From positions 10,106,001 to 10,170,000 of the forward strand of contig NW_026889803.1 in assembly GCF_033153115.1 (NCBI RefSeq): a stretch of 64,000 nucleotides of DNA, written 5' to 3'. The stretch comes from Saccostrea echinata. Its lineage: Eukaryota. Below are positions 14,401 through 29,400 of this stretch, in pieces. Position numbers and translations under genes: made by a program. The notes beneath the pieces were generated by a model. That model did no database searches and was not told where the DNA came from. It worked only from the letters and a program-made list of their open reading frames with translations. Within the stretch, counting starts at the first letter, position 1; the number at the start of each line of letters is the position of its first letter.

Positions 14401-17400
14401 AAACAAAACACCTATACTGGTGCCACAGAAAACAAAATAAAAGTAAAATACAGGTATTGTGAAAAGGAGGTTGAACAAAAAAGTGATTATTATAAAGTTT
14501 TCATATTCGATCCATTTTAGAATATGGTGCAAAGAAACATAAAGCAGTTCTTTGTGATCGAGATCAAGCCAAGCTGAACAAATGAGGAATAATGAGCTTA
14601 AAGCAAAAGATTGTCATTTTTAATATTTTTCACTGGATTTCTTTGATATGACAAGTTTATAGAAAGAGTCATCCATTTTAGTTCAAGCATGAAATGAGAT
14701 CATTGACAACATATAGGGGGTCTTACCATTGCAGAGAAGTAGAATTTCTCGAACTCTTTCTGCTGACTGCGGATGGCCTTGAGGTTGTCCCCTAGCTGGG
14801 CGTGTCTTTGGAGGCACTCCTCACCTGTCCTCTCCGTCCATGTTATAATCTAAAAATAGAAATGAGCCACCCTGATAAACCTCATTCTCATCAACAAGCA
14901 GTAAATAAACCATGCTACTAACAAAATGGAAAGCAATTAACTTTGTTCTGCCTGCTATTCGGAGTATTTATAACATTTGTTTCTTATGAGAATATATAAT
15001 ACAGAGTTACATATTATCCATATCTTACAGAAAGATCTGAGCTGCTTGAATTCCTATCCAAAGTATTAAATATTTCTTACCAAGCTCAACACAAGCAATA
15101 AAATACCTAACCAACATTAATAGCAATACACAGGTGGTTGTGTTCTTGGCCATTAGCTATAAACATACTGAGAGGTTTCATGGGGTTTTCAACATCCTCT
15201 TTAGAACACCACTGGTACGAAGAAAAGTGCAAGGTTTCATAATCCACAACCTATCTGCTACACAGAAATGAGCAGATTTCTCATTTTCTTCACCCTTCTA
15301 GACGGTTCACCCTCTGGACCCCTGATAATACATTTTCACAGCTAGCCAATAATTCTACATACCCATAATAAACTTCAATGTCCCTCTTCATGAGTAAACA
15401 CATTTCTACGTCTCTTTTCCCATCAAAACACAGAAAAGTGTCTCCCTTCTTGCATCATAACCAGACCTCATAACATATATACCTTCTCACACATAAATTC
15501 ACGAGCACTCTTTCTTCTGTCCACATTTCTGAGTGACACCTGTACCTGATGGATACATGATACAGGTGTTTCACTTCAAAGAAAATGGTTTCTGTTAACA
15601 CACAGACTGGTACATATTGGAGAATATAAGCTGTAAGTGGCCAGCAAGATGTGTAACCTTTTTGTTTTATTATTTTGACCTTTGACCAAACAGATAGTTT
15701 AGACTAATACACCCATTATTTTCTACATCAAAAAAATATTTCATCAGCATCAAGACAAGTTTATGTAAACATTGTTTGAAATCTTAACATGCTCTCATAA
15801 TTGTCAATCAGACTGGTAATTATTAATAGCAACTCAACAAAATTTGGACATGCCAATGTACAAGCTTCTGCAATTCTTTCCGCCACATAAAAAAAATTCT
15901 GTTTGAGAAATCTTTAAAGGTCTCTCATCCTTCACCCATGTTATCAATAAATCGCAGATGGATTCTCTCAGACAGGTACATGCAGTATGTGCATGTGAAA
16001 TTAACTATCTGTTACAGACCATCAGAACATTTCTTGGCTTTTCATCAGAATGATTGGCTGTATCAATGGCCATGTGTCCGAGCATCCTCATTGTGTGATA
16101 AATCACCAGGTTCATTAACGCATTCCTCAGCTTCTTACCTCAGATAAGATTAACCTAATGAGGTCAGATAACTACTTAACCTCTCTCATCTAATTCACAT
16201 CATATTTTAAAAATTTAAATTTTCACATGGCATTAAAGAGGTCACAGAAAGAGCAAATGGTACATTTACTGATTGTCTGCATGTACCTATACTGTAATTT
16301 TAATTTTTTTTTGGTAATGCATGTAACGGTACTTATTCATATAAATCATTCACTGTGTTTTAATTAGTAATGCTTAAAATGTAATTCAAATTTTTATCTT
16401 CTTTTATAATCACTCTTGGGAATTTCAAAAAAAAAAAAAAATCCATTGAAAAATAACATATAAAAAGATGTGTAATTCCCATCCCATAAAAATACACTGA
16501 ACTTTGATACACTTCCATCCAGAAGAAAAAATGTTCAGCTCAATACTGATGTGACCTATATTTAATGAATGAAGTCTATCAATTCATTCATAAAACCTTA
16601 AAAATAATGAAAATAAAAGTAAGACATTAATTACCGCCTATAGGGATAGATTAATTCTACATTGAAATTTACTGGACAAATTAAGAAAATGCTCCTGGAG
16701 AGTCTGTTCAAAACACTCCTTTTTCATGCTTTTTTTAAGAATGTAAATTTTATTTTGTTTACTGAAATGGACCCACTCAAGATATGCAAATGCACAGGTC
16801 ATGTTCCTTCATCAAAATTTTTAATGTTTAAGTTTCTATCTGGGACTAAAACATTGCTAAAGTGAAATGGGAACATGCGTTCTGTACTTTAATCAAATTT
16901 ACGCACAATTATCTAAGGAAAAACCACAAAGATTGATTAAATGGAAATATAATTTAACCTTGCTTTTTTTAGGCAAGGTGATAATGAGGATAAATTTATT
17001 AAAGCATTAAATATTTTTATAGATATATAAATTTAATATTGATAACAAATTACACAGCAATATGAAAATAAGTTTGTTTTAGAAAAACATCATCTAAAAA
17101 GAATGCAACATGAAATATCCAAAATTTAAGAAATTTTTCCCTCTTATCTACTACAATGAAAAAGTTTTACCGTAATTATTGTTTTATCAACAAAGAATTA
17201 ATAATTGCTACCTTTAATTAACCTACTTCCAAATTCACCTAACTCACAATCTGAAATTCCACTTTGGAAAAATAGGAATTAACTTTCTACCTAGATTTTT
17301 TTCAGGTAAGTAAACTGTTTAAACATCCCTTTGAGCTATCAATTTCCATTTCTTTTGAACTCCAAATGTTCATAATCACTGTGAAATAATAAACAACAAT

Positions 17401-20400
17401 TATCACTTGGTGGGATATCTATCTATTGTTTGAGGTATCACATCATTGTTTACAACTCCATGCTGCAGGTGCTTTTAACAGGTGCTTGTTACACCTATAC
17501 CCCATTATTTTCATCACAATCTGCCTCCTTCTTCACTTCCCAACAATGAGCCTGTATAAAATTCATTAACTCCTTTCCAACAGCCTACAGGTATTGGTAA
17601 AATTCGCAACTTGTCCCATGATGTGCTTCCTTTTATACAGAACCTTAGTTTTTAGCAACAATCAATATTTCTCATTTTTCTGCTTTGTCACTTGATTAGC
17701 TAAATTTCCCCTGCACAGTCAACAAGGGCAGTTATTTCTTTGTGCAGAATCTTCAGAGTGACCTTATTTGTTTGATTGAAAATGACAAAATAATGCAATC
17801 CTAAAAATATAATGATAATTTCATTTGTCAAATTTAATTTTCTATCATCATTGACCCTACTCTGTCCCCCTAATTCAAACTGGCAAAAATATAAATTTTT
17901 CAAAAGGCCTTCAAAGCTAGGAATAATATCAAACTTTCCTTTTTACGAGTTCAGTGTATTAAAAGAGTGGAGCATCTTAGTACACTAATCTTCATCAAAG
18001 TCAGACAGGTAGTTTGTTATAAGGCAAGAGAATCATTTAATTCAGGCTACCTTTGTAATCTATTAATAAGCATACAAAATGCTTTATTTCTGCTGCTTTG
18101 AACTGTGGAAGAAGGAAATCATTTCTTCTCAGCCCACAAATTACATTAATACTGCATATAGAAGATATTTAACAAACATAAACTTGAGTCATCATTAAAG
18201 TACACTAAATCAAATGCACTCTGTATATACGTGTATATAACAGTTTTTTTTTCTAAGGTAGAGTGTTGCACATCAAATATCCATGTTTAACCTCAATAAT
18301 ATGTACTAACCTTTGTGCACTCTTCCTCAAACTCTCTGAGCTGCTGGCATTGTTCAAGCTTGGAGAGCCGGTTATCAGCAATGTGAACCAGCTTAACCAT
18401 GGTGCTGTTCAGGTTATCATATAACCTGTTCACAGACTCCATCAGATCTCTGAAAGAGGAAGGCATAGTCCTGATTTCTGACATACAGGTAACAGTGACC
18501 TAACCTGCAGCTGGGTTAATTAATTAGCTGTAGATTTTTAGTGTGTCCCCAATACCCTATAATTAATTAATCCTTAGAGGCATGATTTTATCATGTTCAT
18601 ACAAGTTCTATAAAAGGTTGAAATAAGTGTTAAATATTCCTTATTGATAAAATAAGAACACATTAAATCATGTTTCTCCCAGTTAATACTACAACTCTAA
18701 CACAAATTAGACAATAGTCACATATAAATTTTTGTTTTCAATGGGTAGTATGAATAAATTTATTAATTTGATTCAGATCAGACAAGGTGTAAATAAGTGC
18801 TTCTGAGTGTCATTACAATGCTATAGAATTCTGCTATAAATAAAAAAGTCTCTGCTATTTTGCTCATGGTTGAAAAATGTGTTTCTGATATTAAGCTCAC
18901 CTGTAGTCTTCAGAATGTCCCATGTGAGCATCCATCCTCCTGAGGCAGTTGATGACAGACTCTCCCTCATTCTGGAGGGAAATCAGTCGTGGATCATTGA
19001 ACGCTGTCCTCATGGTCTGCTCATGGTGCTCGATGAGTTGCCGAGCTTCCTGCATTGAGACTGGCATGACCTGAGGCTCACTGAGTTCTTGCATGGTGAC
19101 CATGAGATATTTAGCTACATTTCTTATTTTGCTCATAAATGGATCCAATTCCTGTATAAATAGTTTTGAGCTTTGTTTTTACTTTGTAATATTTTTGACA
19201 TGCTGATAAAATAATGATCCAATTTGTTGCACCCTGTTTGTAAAATTTTCCCTCATTTACAAATATGAAAACATGACATACATGTATCTTTTTCTATATC
19301 ATGAGACATCATACCACATGAAATCGGATCCACTCCTCATGATTATACATGTAAAGACCATCTAAATCTAATGGAAGTTGGTCCAAGGGAATGAACTCTC
19401 GTAATAACTCTGGGGCTAGAAGAACATCCAGCTTAAAGAAACAAAATATTATTGAATCACAAAAAAATTTCACACAATGCTTACATGAATTATCTTTCTT
19501 GATAAAGTTAAGCCTTACCTTAAATGGTGTCTGGGAGTCAAATACTGGTGACATTTGAAGTAACGGCTGGGTGTAGGTATCGGCTAGGAAATGTAGCACA
19601 GCTATACCACCGGGACAGTTCCCCTGCAATATTCAACAAAATACAAACTATCACATTACATAACAATTGTTAACTTTCTTTGGAAGGAATAAGGTAGGAA
19701 ATGTAAAAAAGAAATTCAAAACTATCTTAATACATAATTAATCCAGTTTCAAAGTAAACAGAATAACATAAGTTCTTTTAGCTTTTGATCCACATTTTTA
19801 TTAATATATTACCTCAAATAGGTATAGACTCTCCAGTAAAGTATTGATAATAGATGTAGTAGCACCCTGTATCACTGCTACAATTGTTACCCCTCTAATA
19901 CGAACTTCCTCCCTGTAAACACAAACAATAATTTCGTAAACAAAAGTAATTCTTAACTTTCAATAGCATTTCTCCTCACTGATGTAGAATTGTATCATGA
20001 AATAATCTTACTATGGAAAATTTTGTTACAAAAATGATTTAAATTTTCAAAATTTATTTTAGATAAACATTCAAACTTGTTTTGCTTCCTATTATTTTCA
20101 AACGTTACTATTTTATTAGACTTTCACACTGGTTTTGCTCCCTATTTAGATACATTGACCTGACAGAGCTAACTATTTCTTGACCTACCTGGGTACACTC
20201 CTGTAATACATGAGAAGCCTGGCTAGCTCTGTACTAGGTACCTGCTGGTTCTGCCACAAAGAACTATTGGTAAAGATGAACACTACTGGACGTTCCTCCG
20301 AATCTCGACTCCCTGAACAAATAAAAACCCAACTTAAAAACTAACTAAATCATAATACAAGCATTTTAATTTATACATTTACAATAAATATTAATATTTT

Positions 20401-23400
20401 CATTCTCACTGGTCAGATGTAGATAGAATACAGGGCTTCACAAAACAAATGTTAGTTTTAATGGCTAGTGAATAGTCTTGAAATACCATAAGAAAGAGTC
20501 TTTGCAGTAAACCCAAAATATTCTCTTTATTTATTTATTAATACCTGAATTACAATTATGATATATCATATGCAAATGATATGACAAATGTTTACTCATT
20601 TAAAATACATGTATAGTTTTCACAAAACAAACCCAGGTGAAGTGCTATCCATTCTAGGTTAGCTTTCCTGACAAAATCATGCTTTACTGTATATAGTCTG
20701 ACAGTAAAACATCAAATTGTTGACATGATTCATAGAACTATTATCAAATTGCTATCATTCACTGAGACTAAACTTCCTAAATTTGGACTGACTCATAAAC
20801 TATCATGAACACAAGCATTAGCAATGTAAAATCTTGCTCACTGGATCAAAACAAAATGTATCAATGGAAAAAAAAACCCCAAAACATTCTTTCCTGTGAA
20901 AGGGACTGCAAAATTTCTCTCTCTCTCTCTCTTTCTCTTTATTATGGTCCTATGTAAGGTTGTTAAATAGCCCTTCTAGGTCACTAGTAATAAAAATCAA
21001 CAGGACTGTTTTAAATAAAATACACTTAGTTGTTTATCTTATCTTGTGTACACAACTCAAAAGACAACTTATTCTAAATATCAACAAAGAACAAGATCAA
21101 AGGACAATAATTCGGTAAATATCTGTTCTCGCTGTCCAAGGGACAACTAGTTATGTTAAGCTTTAACTACATTGACCCCTTCATGGACAAGTCCTTATAT
21201 ATTGCTATCAGTATGTGTTGCTGTTTTTATCCCCTCTCTTTTGAAAGCGAGCAAAAGCACAAGACATTCTGGCATTATGTGAGACATGTTGACTAAAGGG
21301 TTTCTGATCCCAAAATGTCTTAACGTTGCCAAAAATTTTAATCTAAATAAATCAATTAAATTGATATCGATGGATTACTTGATTTGAAAAGATAATCTTA
21401 AGCATAGACTTTATGGCTGATAGCAGTGAAACAATGCATACAGGTTTCTAAAGATAGAAGCCTGTACTATACAAGGTCAATTCATTGACAAGGAGATGCA
21501 GTGCATTTGTAGGACATTACGTAACTGGGGATCCACTTACAAATGTTTTCTTGACTAAACCCAGGCAATCCACTCTGTAATCTTGAATATTAAGCCAAAA
21601 TTTAATTCAAGAAAAAATTGTGAAATTCTAAATATACAAGATCTGACATTATGCTCTTTCTTGATTTAACGTTTTTCCTGCATATCTATAATAATTTGAA
21701 AATTTTTTATAGGTTAATGTCCAAGTATTTTTACATAGCAATTCTGAATCCCAGCATTTTTGGACATCGTAATAAACGTTCCTACTTTGTATAGATCTGT
21801 GAGGAAATGGTTTTGTGCTTTGGATTTACAATGCAATGTGTTCTATCTTATAACCGTAATAATGAGACCCCATATATGGTATAGCAAATAGAGTGTTATG
21901 ATGTCAGGGCCCTCAAATGTCTATGATTGGGGCCATTGAAAGGCCCAATTCCCAATTCAAAAAAGGTACCTTTCTTTTTTCTCAAGTGAATGCATTAATT
22001 TTCTCAATAATCATTTCCCCCAATATTTAAGAACAAATAGTTAAACTTTAAATACTTAAATTTGCATTCATATTTATCTATATTGCAAAACACAAATTTA
22101 AATTATAACACACATCAGAAATCCAATATGTAAAGATTTTTTAATGTATAATGATTTTCCAAAAATTACAATTTTACAGGCCCTGGCCCCAGTCCCAAAA
22201 AATGGTGCAAGAGCCCTGGAAGTTTATTAAATGACATGGGTTTTGGTTAATGTGAAGAGTACTAGATTTATATGGTCGATGGTGCCTGGTTTGATTCCCA
22301 GCTTTGCCACACCTTTTGTAATTTTTTCTATATCATAACAAGCTTACACCAAGAGGTATGGAGAGAGAATTTCTACATAATATTAAAATTGTGTTCCCCA
22401 TATGATTTGAAATTCTCCATTCCTGACAATGGAGCACTCCAGCAAAAGAATGATGTCACCAGTGGATTTTCATTGTTTTTATCTATTTTTCCATTGATAT
22501 GACTTGGTTTAATGTTTTCTTTCCAAAGAGGAAGAAACATGCCTGCTGTGAACTACAGCAAGCAATTTAGTTGTTACAACTTTCCATTAATAGGAAGAAT
22601 TCTCTGACACAGCTCCTATAATCTTGTCAATGTCTGCCAGACTTCCCTTAAAATTAATCAAAACCTAGTGCTTCATCCAGGGAAAAAGGAGACACAATTT
22701 TCTGCCTCATCTGCCTCAATCAGCTGGAGAGAGAGAAACCTCAGTGTGACCCCCCCTGTATCCTCGAATGACCCTCAGCAATCATGTGACCTATGGGGGA
22801 GTCAAGCAGACCTCTGGCTTTATCCCAGACCACCTTGTGCTATGACACAGCTGACATGCCCTGATTTCTGAGTGCACACAACCTGTTGCTGCTGATAACC
22901 TTGGCTTATTGTATAACAGAGTTTACACTAATGGGTGTGTATTTAGAGTCCTGCTGTGTTATTAACTCCACCTTCATTCTATTAAATGATGAACAGGCTG
23001 TAACTAATTTTGATACACTGCATAATATGAGTTCGACCATGAATTGATTTTTGTATTCTTCTTGTATTTGAAAAAGAAGAAAAAAACTATTACCCCCCCC
23101 CCCCCCCCCCCCACCACCATCCCAACACACACACACACAAAATAAAGACAATCATGAATTCATTAGGAGCATACACTCCAGTAAAATTACCAATAAAGAA
23201 AAATCTTTGTATGTAACTTTTAACTAAAATAATGACAAAACAGACTCTAACAGGGAAAATAAAGATTTCAGAAACGATATATTTATAGGCATATGATCTA
23301 AATAAAGTATTCAATTTAAACAGAAACAGAACCACAATCATCAAATGAAGTGTCATAAATCCCCCTCAATTCCCTAATAATTTTGTCCAATTTAGAGTTC

Positions 23401-26400
23401 TCCAATAGTTTACACCTAGAGTTGGATAATATTTGACATCTGGATAATACAAAGTGCCAATATCAGCAGGTCAAAAGCTCTACTGTCAATACCCAGGCCG
23501 CAAGAGCCAACAGGGCTTTGTTTACTCTCTACATTGTTCTGATCATTGTAACAAATATTTGTGATACTGAGAAATTCTTTACAATTATTAGCTATCATTA
23601 CTAGGATAATTTTATGGAGTACATCATATTTATACAACTTGTGGCAAAGTATTTATCTTCTCAAATTTACTTCTCTCTTTAAGTAGCCTGAAATCATTTT
23701 GTTGTCAATATATATTTACTTTTTTCAAGAAATGAACATTGCCTCAACACTTCTTAAATTCTTTTAGTACATATTCTATTCTAATATTTTTGACCAAAGA
23801 GTGAACTCTGAACCAATGAACCTTAGCCATGAAGTTCACCAAACAGCCAACAAAGTCAAGTCACATTTTTATGTAAAATTCTGTCATTTGTGTAGCTTGG
23901 AACAAATTGAAAATCCTTTTGATAGAATGCTTTAGAAATTCAAATTGAGTAGACTATGAAATCACTGTTTAATGTTTGCAAAGTTGTCCTCAAGGGAATT
24001 AACTTAAATTCAATTATTCTGCTTAGTAAAGCCAATGTTAACAAATGACACCAAAGCAGTCTACAATGGAATTGCCCGTTAGATAAATAATGTCAGGCAG
24101 AAGTTTGGGTGGAGTATGGAGTGTTTTTAAGGGTACATTTTTTCACATGAATCTGAAGTCTATGAAAAGAATAACCATAATGTACTACTGGAACCCAAAC
24201 AGTTAATGACTTTAGATCCCCATCACTGGAATCCCAAACAGTTAATTACTTATAGATCCATATCACTACTTATTGATCCCCATCACTGGAATCCCAAACA
24301 GTTAATTACTTATATATCCCCATCACTGGAATCCCAAACAGTAAATTATTTGTGGATCCCATCACTAGAATCCCAAACACTTAACTATTACTGGAATCCC
24401 ACTTCTTAAAGAGTCCCATTACTGAAACCTGTACAATTTATTGCTTTAGATCCCAACCATTGTATCCAAAACAGTTAATTAATTATAGATCCCCATTACT
24501 GGAATCAAAACAGTTAATTACTTAATAGATCCCTATCACTGGAATCCCAAACAGTTGATTGCATTGGAATCCCACACTTTGTCTTTTCGGGAATGCAGGA
24601 ACTTCATCAAAAGTGGGTTTCTAGAAATGCTACCACACCCTTATATCTTGAAGGAAATTAATAACAATGTATCTCTGTTGTGAGAGAAAATGAAAAAAAT
24701 TTATCTTTGCAAATAAAATAATTTTCTAGGATCAGAATAAGTGTCAACAGTGTCTTACACCAGTCTCAATTAATTGACAGCCAATACTGCCACAGCTAAA
24801 TGAATTGAGATTTGGCCAAAAATTATACATCTGTATCTTCAATCAATCAAATCTGTCAATAAAATGATCAACACATTATTTTTCTCACACCTCTCATTCA
24901 TATAACCAGCAGTTTTATCCTTCTAATTCATAACCAGCCATCTGTTTTGCTATATTGGCTCTGATTTGAACAACTATAATCTTTTTTTTTCTTTGCATCT
25001 GGACCAATGATAGGGTTAATACCAGAAGCCATAACAAAACACAACATAACAAAATCAGAACATGTATTGTTTAGTAACACAAGTATCAAATGAAAAATTG
25101 TTTATGAACTTTCATAATTTACATTTTAATGATTTCTATATTTAAGTAAATTAGCATTTCCCTCTTCAAAATTACAAAAGGATTTAACGAATAACCACAG
25201 ACTTAATTCCCATGGACATTTGTCCTTATATAGTGTGTTTATACATGTATCAATGGGTTGTAAAAGTGCAGCATCCTGATTAGTAGAGTAATGACGCATT
25301 GTCAAAGTCCTGAATATATTCTAAAGATGGTTGTGCATGTATATGAAAGTGTTGATTAAGGAATGTGTCATGAAATATTAAGGAAAAGGTTCATTTGGTG
25401 TAATGCAAGAAAGACTCCAGAAATGTATACAGCTTGTCATATCAAATCATCCACAGGCTTACTAGATTGTGAATATAAGCTTAAAAATGTGGACACAGCA
25501 TTTCCCAATGTCATTTACAAAACATTAAAAAGGTTAACTACAGAATCACTTAATTTTAATTAATTGTACAACTGACACCGGAATAACACTCAGATGTCAA
25601 AATTAATAATATCATCATCAACATTATACCACTTCCGTAAACATTAGTCTTTTACTTTACCTGGAAGAACTGCTATTCCTGAATTAAGAAGTTTATAATC
25701 AACATCCATTATAGTTTTGGGGGCATCCAAATTTCGATGTTTGTAGAATCCTGGACTCCTAGGACTATTGGGCCTTTGCCCTCCACCTGGCCCTGGGCCT
25801 GATGTGGCCCCACCACCATTCGAATTCATTGCTGATAAGCCCTCTGAAATAACATGGAAAACTTGATGAAAAAGGAACATTGCAAAAAAGCATATGTTTC
25901 ATATGTACAACCTCTCTTTGGCTAAGAAAAGATCAAGTTAGATTCAGTAACAAGGTGGTATGTGAAAAAAATGCCTAAATGACAACAGCATGAGATGTTT
26001 GGAGATGTATGTGAATGTTTTCCACGTTTGATACATTGGAAAGGCTCCACACAATTGTAAATTGTCGGGGTTCCTCAATATAAAACACCAGTTTGAAATA
26101 CCTGACACCTATAATCAAATGCCTCCATCAAGACAGCTTCTCAGGATAAAATTTTTAAGAAAAAGAAGAAAATTAGGATAATATATCAAATCTATAGATT
26201 AGACTGACCATTGGAGGAAATAGAATTTGTTACCTGTAAATTATGTGTACAATTATGATACACATATCTTACTAGGTAGAAAACATACCTGTTGTGTCAA
26301 TTTATCCTATATGTCCAATGACACAAGCTTACAACCACACAGTGAAAACCATCTTATCTAATCAATCTATCCTGTTCAACTGCACACTACATGCATCAGT

Positions 26401-29400
26401 GTTGTCATTCACAAACCTTGTTCAATGTTTGGTATATTATGTGTCTACATAAGCAAAGTTTTTCACCAATGTCACATAGCTCAAAGACCGGGATGTAATA
26501 TGTAAATTCAAGTCCCTTGTGTATAAACACTGATATCGCACTGCTCTGCCAAACTGCAGGTATATTGTGACCAAAGTTTAAGTCTTTAGTTAAATAAAGA
26601 CGTGACTCATCATAACAAAGAATACCGCCAAATTTCGATTTTTTCCCACCTTACCTGTGAAACCAGCTAAGAAAATGTTCCCATTTAGTCACCCCAAGTC
26701 TCATTCAATAATTCTAATCTATACTATAGATTTATTGTATAGGTCGTACTTTAAAAGGTTAAAATGTTTAACATGAGTAAATTGTTTTAAATCTTTGTTA
26801 ACATTCATCGATTTCTTTCCAATATAAATTCTCTTAAGAAAATCTTTTTCCTTGGTCTCTTCTCCCTCTGTCTATAAAACCACATTAGGAACATGTACAT
26901 TTTCATTATTTTATGAAGTGTGTTTGCAGGTAAATGTTAGATGAATTATTTTCTAACCTCTCTCACCTTTATTTGGCCAGGGGTAAAAAAAGAAAACATT
27001 CTCCTGTTGTCAAGGTTATTCACACCTTAGTTTTTGTAGGATAGACATATTTTTTCTGAATGAAAGATGACATTCAAGGAAAGAAAAGCACTTTATTTGC
27101 ACAGAATTGCTTGCCATTCATGATATTCTAAAAACATATTAATACATACTACGAAATTGTAACTATTTACTAATAGATTGTTGAATTAGATATAGAAACC
27201 ACAACTGATCTTCGTATCTATTCAACATTAGCTAACTTTTTACTAATTGCTTACCATTGAGGGCATCTGTCTCTTGGTGATGAATTTCTAAAGCATTAAA
27301 CAAATCCAATTTTAAACTACAGAACTGTTCATATTTTGTTAGTATATCCACAAATCTGAGATGGTTTTTAATGATATCCTGAACTATTGATGGGTATTCA
27401 TCTATGTTCCCTTTGTTCACAATAGCATTAGAGAGCAGCTCATTCTTACTGGTTGGAGAATTTTGAATAGGTTCCATTAAACCTTCTTTCTCCAATTCTT
27501 GGTCACTTTGCGCACTGACTAACTTTCCCTGGTCCACATTTTTATCCTGTCCTAATTTGCTAAATACAGACGATTCTGACCTTTCAGATTCGTAGTCATT
27601 TTCTGGATAAATGTCATTGTTAATGTCTCCAAGTTCAGAATTAGATTCATCTTTATTTAAGTTCCCTTTGTCACATTGTGATTCAATCACAGAAGTTCTG
27701 GAGGGTAATGATCCTGTATTTTCATATAAAGGGGACCCCTTTTCCTCCATGATCACATTCCTGTCCCTCTGTGTGTCACCGCCACTGGAACAGTCACGAG
27801 ACAACACATCCTCAGTACTTGCTCTGACACCCATTGACTGTGCCTCAGTGCTGCTAAAGTTGTCATCAGCAACTCTACAATTAGCAGTCACAGCTGTACC
27901 CTCTATCTTGTTAGTACTACTTCCCTGGCTTTGATCAGTCAGAGCATTGTTCTCATTACCACTCTCATTTCTTCTCTGTGATTTTTCTGCTGACTCGCAA
28001 TAACCGCCACATGCATCTTTCAGAGTGGAGTTACCTCCCATGATGAACTCTTCGGCAGGTTTTGCCCCTGATACTAATACTGAGGGTGAGTCCTGTTTAT
28101 TTGGAGTATTGTCTGCATCTGAGACACTCTGGCTAGAAATATTTTCTATCGTAGGATCTGAGTCAGAACTAGCAGATGTTTTTGCATGCCCTTGTGTTTT
28201 ATTCTCAGCAGATGTAATGTCAAAGTCAAAATCACTGTCAAAATCACTGACCTCTGACCCTGTGTTTGAAAGGTCATCAGGGTTCAAGTAATCATACATG
28301 TCCTCATGATAAACTTGACAATTCTCAAGAACCTCCCCACTTGTCTCAGATCCAGTACTGAACAGGTTTGCATTTTTTTCGGCAGACTTATCCTCTACAC
28401 CATGTGACATCACTAGTTCCTCTGACTCAATGTCGCTCACATCCGAGTCGGTGAAAGGAAAATGCTCAGAATTTCTAGCGCTGTGATATTCAGTTGGAGA
28501 TGACAAGTTAGATTCTATATAATCCTTGGTGTCCACATAATTTTCCAGCGAGGAGCTCGGACTCACCCTTCTTGTTGCCTTGTCTATATCAGTTCCTTTG
28601 ATAGCTGTTAGTTCACTTTCAACCTGTTGTATATCCCTTTCTTCAACCTCGTTGATTTCAAAGTCAGCTATGATATTTCCCATGCTGAATTTATATCTAT
28701 TTTGCAGAAAATTGCCAAATGATGAATGGTATATAACTATAATTGAGACATAAGTCAATACTCTGGTAATTTATTTTTTGCACAAATAACAGCTTCTCCT
28801 ATTTCCTGCACAACAAATACATAGGCATGATTTTTTCATATGGCACAGGATCAAAATATACTGAGAACCATACACATTATCTGTTACAACAAAAGATGAT
28901 GTTCATACAGGACAGAAAGTATTTCTGTCATAACCCAGCAAGCAATAATATATCTCTCCTCTTTTGACATCAAGGCACTACAAGTTGCTGAATAATTCAG
29001 TGTGATATAATCCCTTTCCAATTGTAAGATGGCAATTGCATGCACAATTAAGAAACAATCTAATTGACTTTTTCTTGGAACAAGTGCAGTACCTCTGCCT
29101 CACAATGATGTAACACATGGGAAATATGAAACACAGGAGCCATATTCTTTATTCCATCACGCTATATCATGTAGAGTTATTACATGTAAAGTCCTTTCCT
29201 TTAGTATTCGCCTGTGTTTTTACATGCACACAACTGTCAAGTCAGAGTATCATATTCTCAGCCCCTGTTTACACTGTCTCCCCTGAGCTGAAATCTACGA
29301 CCACAACCCCTACACGTGAAATGTCAGCCAGGTAGTTTTTTTCCCCTGTCCATTACTCTCAATTCAGTGGTCAGATGACATCCCATTTGACCTGAGTTAA

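Noticed and set aside
22235-22315. Degraded tRNA-like head (GGTTTGATTCCCAG)
   Set aside because: Only a B-box-like match; too decayed to call
24185-24577. Regularly spaced repeat resembling a CRISPR array, and the 67-aa ORF over it
   Set aside because: Units are contiguous degenerate copies without unique spacers, lie in a eukaryotic intron, and have no cas genes: a minisatellite
27611-28291. Plus-strand ORFs of 107 and 88 aa
   Set aside because: Antisense shadows of the large acidic exon
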